The notes under the pieces: model-generated
What the model saw: the letters and a program-made list of their open reading frames with translations, nothing else
Told to the model about the DNA's origin: nothing
Databases searched by the model: none
Shown: piece by piece, positions 62,501 through 64,000 of the stretch
Layout of the letters: each line of letters starts with the position of its first letter
Numbering within the stretch: the stretch's first letter is position 1
Source: the human T2T-CHM13v2.0 reference genome, Homo sapiens
Assembly (NCBI RefSeq): GCF_009914755.1
Contig: NC_060936.1
Reading direction: 5' to 3' (one strand)
DNA: 64,000 nt
Position numbers and translations under genes: made by a program

Positions 62501-64000
62501 GGTCAGTCCAAGAAAGCAGCAATATGTGGGTGAGTGAATGCAGAGATATTATGGAAGAAAAACATTTGAAGGGTTAAAATTATTTCTCTGCATGCTTCTT
62601 GATTCTTGCTAAGCTCTGACCCCCACTGCTTTTGCCTCTTAATGAAAGCAGCAAACATAGCTTCCTCCTCCTTATTTTTTCAATCAAGGCTCACGGCATC
62701 TACAGAATTTATTACTATCCCTTTCCTGGCTGGTGCCAGAACCTCAACTTGACCTGACAAATCCTCTTGCCATGGAAGCACATGAACTTATCTGAAGTGG
62801 CTGGCTTCAGTGGCTTCTAAGCACATTTGCCCAACCACCAGTCATGCGTTTAGTGTCCATGGATGACAGGGCTTGTCCATGTCTCCAAGGCCACAGGCAG
62901 ATGATTGCTGGAGGATAAATTCTTGCATCCCCATTCAAATTCATCTCCTACTCCAAATCCCAACCTCAATATGACTATGAAGTCTGAAGGGCTCCACAGC
63001 TCCTGTCTTCTCTCTGTTACATTGCTTCTTCCTTTCACATCCCTCCTCTGCCTCACTACCCTTTTTCCTTCATTCTCTTCTCCCCTTCTACCTCTCCCCC
63101 AAACACTTTATCTCTCCCATCTTCTCTTCCTTCTATCCTTCTTCCACATAAGCTACACAGGGAAATCTCTTTCTTCTCTACCCTTATCCTTTAAACACAA
63201 AATCAATCTTGAGTATCTTTTGAGCTCCCTCTTCTCATACTGGCTGGAGGCTGGGGATAGCTAGAAGAGTTCTGGATGTGCTTTTTATCCTGATTTGTCT
63301 AAGATGCTGATGGGAACTGGGATCTCTGCTCCTATTGAGTCAGAGTTGCATGCTTGAAGGTGATAGCTCATGACTGGCCCATCCTGGAAACTATTAAGAA
63401 AGAAAGTGTGAAGGTCTGTCAGTCAACTATATGTATCAAGTGTCCAGTCTATTCAAAACCCTGCACTCAGTGCTGTGGAAAGATTGGAAAGAAGCAAATG
63501 GTCCTTGCTCAAAATAAAAGAGACACATATCTAGAAATGCCTAAACAAGTGTAAGTATATTGCAGCTGCCTAAAGCAATCCTCTATCAGAACAGCACAAG
63601 GTAAAAAGGGTGAGTATACAAATTATGTTAACAGCCAAAGAGCAGGTTTTCTTCACTGAAGTCAAAGGTTTATGTCAGAATTGTAAGAGGCAAGGATAGC
63701 TGGAAAGGGAACAGAAAGCAGAAAATTCAATCTATGGAGATACCTGTTTTGCATGTCCATTTCATTCCAGCCTCTGATGATACAGCCCTCTGCTCATCCT
63801 AAGTCCCTACCCATGAGGCCAAACCCTATCACTAGGTGAGGACAGTCTCAACACACAGGGACTTTGTCTACCTTGTGCCCAGAAGGCCTGGTTGCTGAGG
63901 TGGCATCGTATGGCCCATGCTCATCAATCTGCCTATCCTCTTGTTCTTCCCCTATCCCCAGCAGGGAGAGAGTTTCTAGTCTAAGAAATGGGGCCAGGAT

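Noticed and set aside
59600-64000. Additional exons or genes in IQSEC3 intron 1
   Set aside because: No ORF with recognisable homology or convincing exon; appears to be ordinary intron with old repeat remnants.

Overview
Human-type chromosome end, most likely 12pter in a telomere-to-telomere assembly (inferred from IQSEC3 lying about 56 kb from the telomere array). Order: (CCCTAA)n telomere with variant repeats (1-3.1 kb); TAR1 with the 37/29/61-bp TERRA-promoter repeats; DDX11L pseudogene (+); a WASH-family gene (-, WASH8P position) with an intronic miR-6859-like hairpin; a bidirectional CpG island; MIR1302-host-like lncRNA with a MER53-derived hairpin (+); a rearranged L1PA; FAM138 (-); a perfect 13x38-bp VNTR; nested old repeats including a 5S fragment; a near-full-length degenerate L1PB-like element; a solo LTR2; and IQSEC3 exon 1 (+). 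Main result: splicing the WASH copy by hand gives 10 coding exons with GT-AG junctions and an uninterrupted 465-aa ORF, although this locus is normally called a pseudogene. Second result: an L1 5'-inversion junction contains a 98%-identical inverted copy of a FLAM lying 1.3 kb away. Gene and repeat names and comparisons with other chromosomes come from recalled sequences, not from searches. Most ORFs in the supplied track are spurious (repeat- or GC-driven).
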